From Amphiscolops sp. MND2022 (taxonomy: Eukaryota), in contig OZ076409.1 of assembly GCA_964187785.1 (NCBI GenBank), positions 81,966,001-82,030,000 of the forward strand: DNA of 64,000 nt, written 5' to 3'. Below the pieces are notes generated by a model. That model was not told where the DNA came from and did no database searches. It was given only the letters and a program-made list of their open reading frames with translations. A program made the translations under genes and the position numbers. Below are positions 63,310 through 64,000 of the stretch, in pieces. How positions within the stretch are numbered: the first letter of the stretch is position 1; the number at the start of each line of letters is the position of its first letter.

Positions 63310-64000
63310 AAACAGCTTCCAGACTCTGACTCAGACAGATACTACAAAAAGATTCTCAGAAGAAATTGCTCTCTTGTTCACTCTCTTTTGGTACACACCT
63401 CAGTGTATCCTCTCGTTTTTTCTTCTACATGAAGTTAACTAACTGGTTAAATACAGGAACAGAATTAAGAAACAAAACAAACTAAACAAAAGTTTGACAA
63501 TCAATCACAAATCCATCAATGTGTGTGACCTAATTAGTTTTCTTGCCTTTACCAGACTTGTTTTTTCCCCTCTCTGAAGCTGATTCGGCAGATACCTCAG
63601 CACATCGCGGGAACTCAAGACTAACCCTACTAAGGGTTGGGTCAGGGGAAGGTGTACTATTTGTACTACAACGTCGGCTAACACTGGGCGTAGTGCTGTT
63701 AGGTGTTGCAGGGGGTCTCTCAACCCGCAACACAACTTTTCGGTAACCACTCTCTAATTTGCCCAATAGTGTAGTCTCTTTGCTCCGCTTCCCTTAAGGA
63801 AGTTCCATACAGAGAACTTTTTGTCAGTCAGTAGATCGGTCCCTCGTCCTAGAAGTCAAAAAACGCGAGAAATCGACTTGGGATCGCGATACAAACTCGA
63901 GATGTGCGGGATAGTCTGGTAAGAAGCCTGAAGGCTTCGCAAACAGGATTAGAAGTTTTCAGCCCCGTACTCCAAACTTGCAAAGGGGACAATGTGCGGC

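Noticed and set aside
63440..64000. Possible LTR or second element at the window end
   Set aside because: No partner repeat, PPT or PBS could be identified within the window.

Overview
AT-rich eukaryotic (animal-like) genomic DNA with spliceosomal introns, heavily loaded with transposons. Host genes are an intronless IFT20 (36218-36601) followed about 640 bp later by a VWA3A-like gene on the same strand, for which 19 phase-compatible exons can be read (37242-59655; its 3' end was not found in the window). Mobile DNA includes a minus-strand, pol-less LTR element with 2-kb LTRs (1-8458), a decayed Gypsy element (about 11.8-16.6 kb), a truncated LINE RT (31.5-33.2 kb), an internally deleted Gypsy (60.7-63.3 kb), MITEs, HINE/DINE-like repeats and satellites. 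The highlight is a very young BEL/Pao LTR retrotransposon (42924-50041; 222-bp LTRs identical by eye, CTTGT target duplication) inside a VWA3A intron. Between pol and its 3' LTR it carries an antisense, intron-containing cargo gene for a JmjC-type Fe(II)/2-oxoglutarate oxygenase (HxD...H triad intact, one premature stop in this copy). This is a candidate transposon-encoded demethylase/hydroxylase. All family assignments come from motif recognition by eye; no searches were run.
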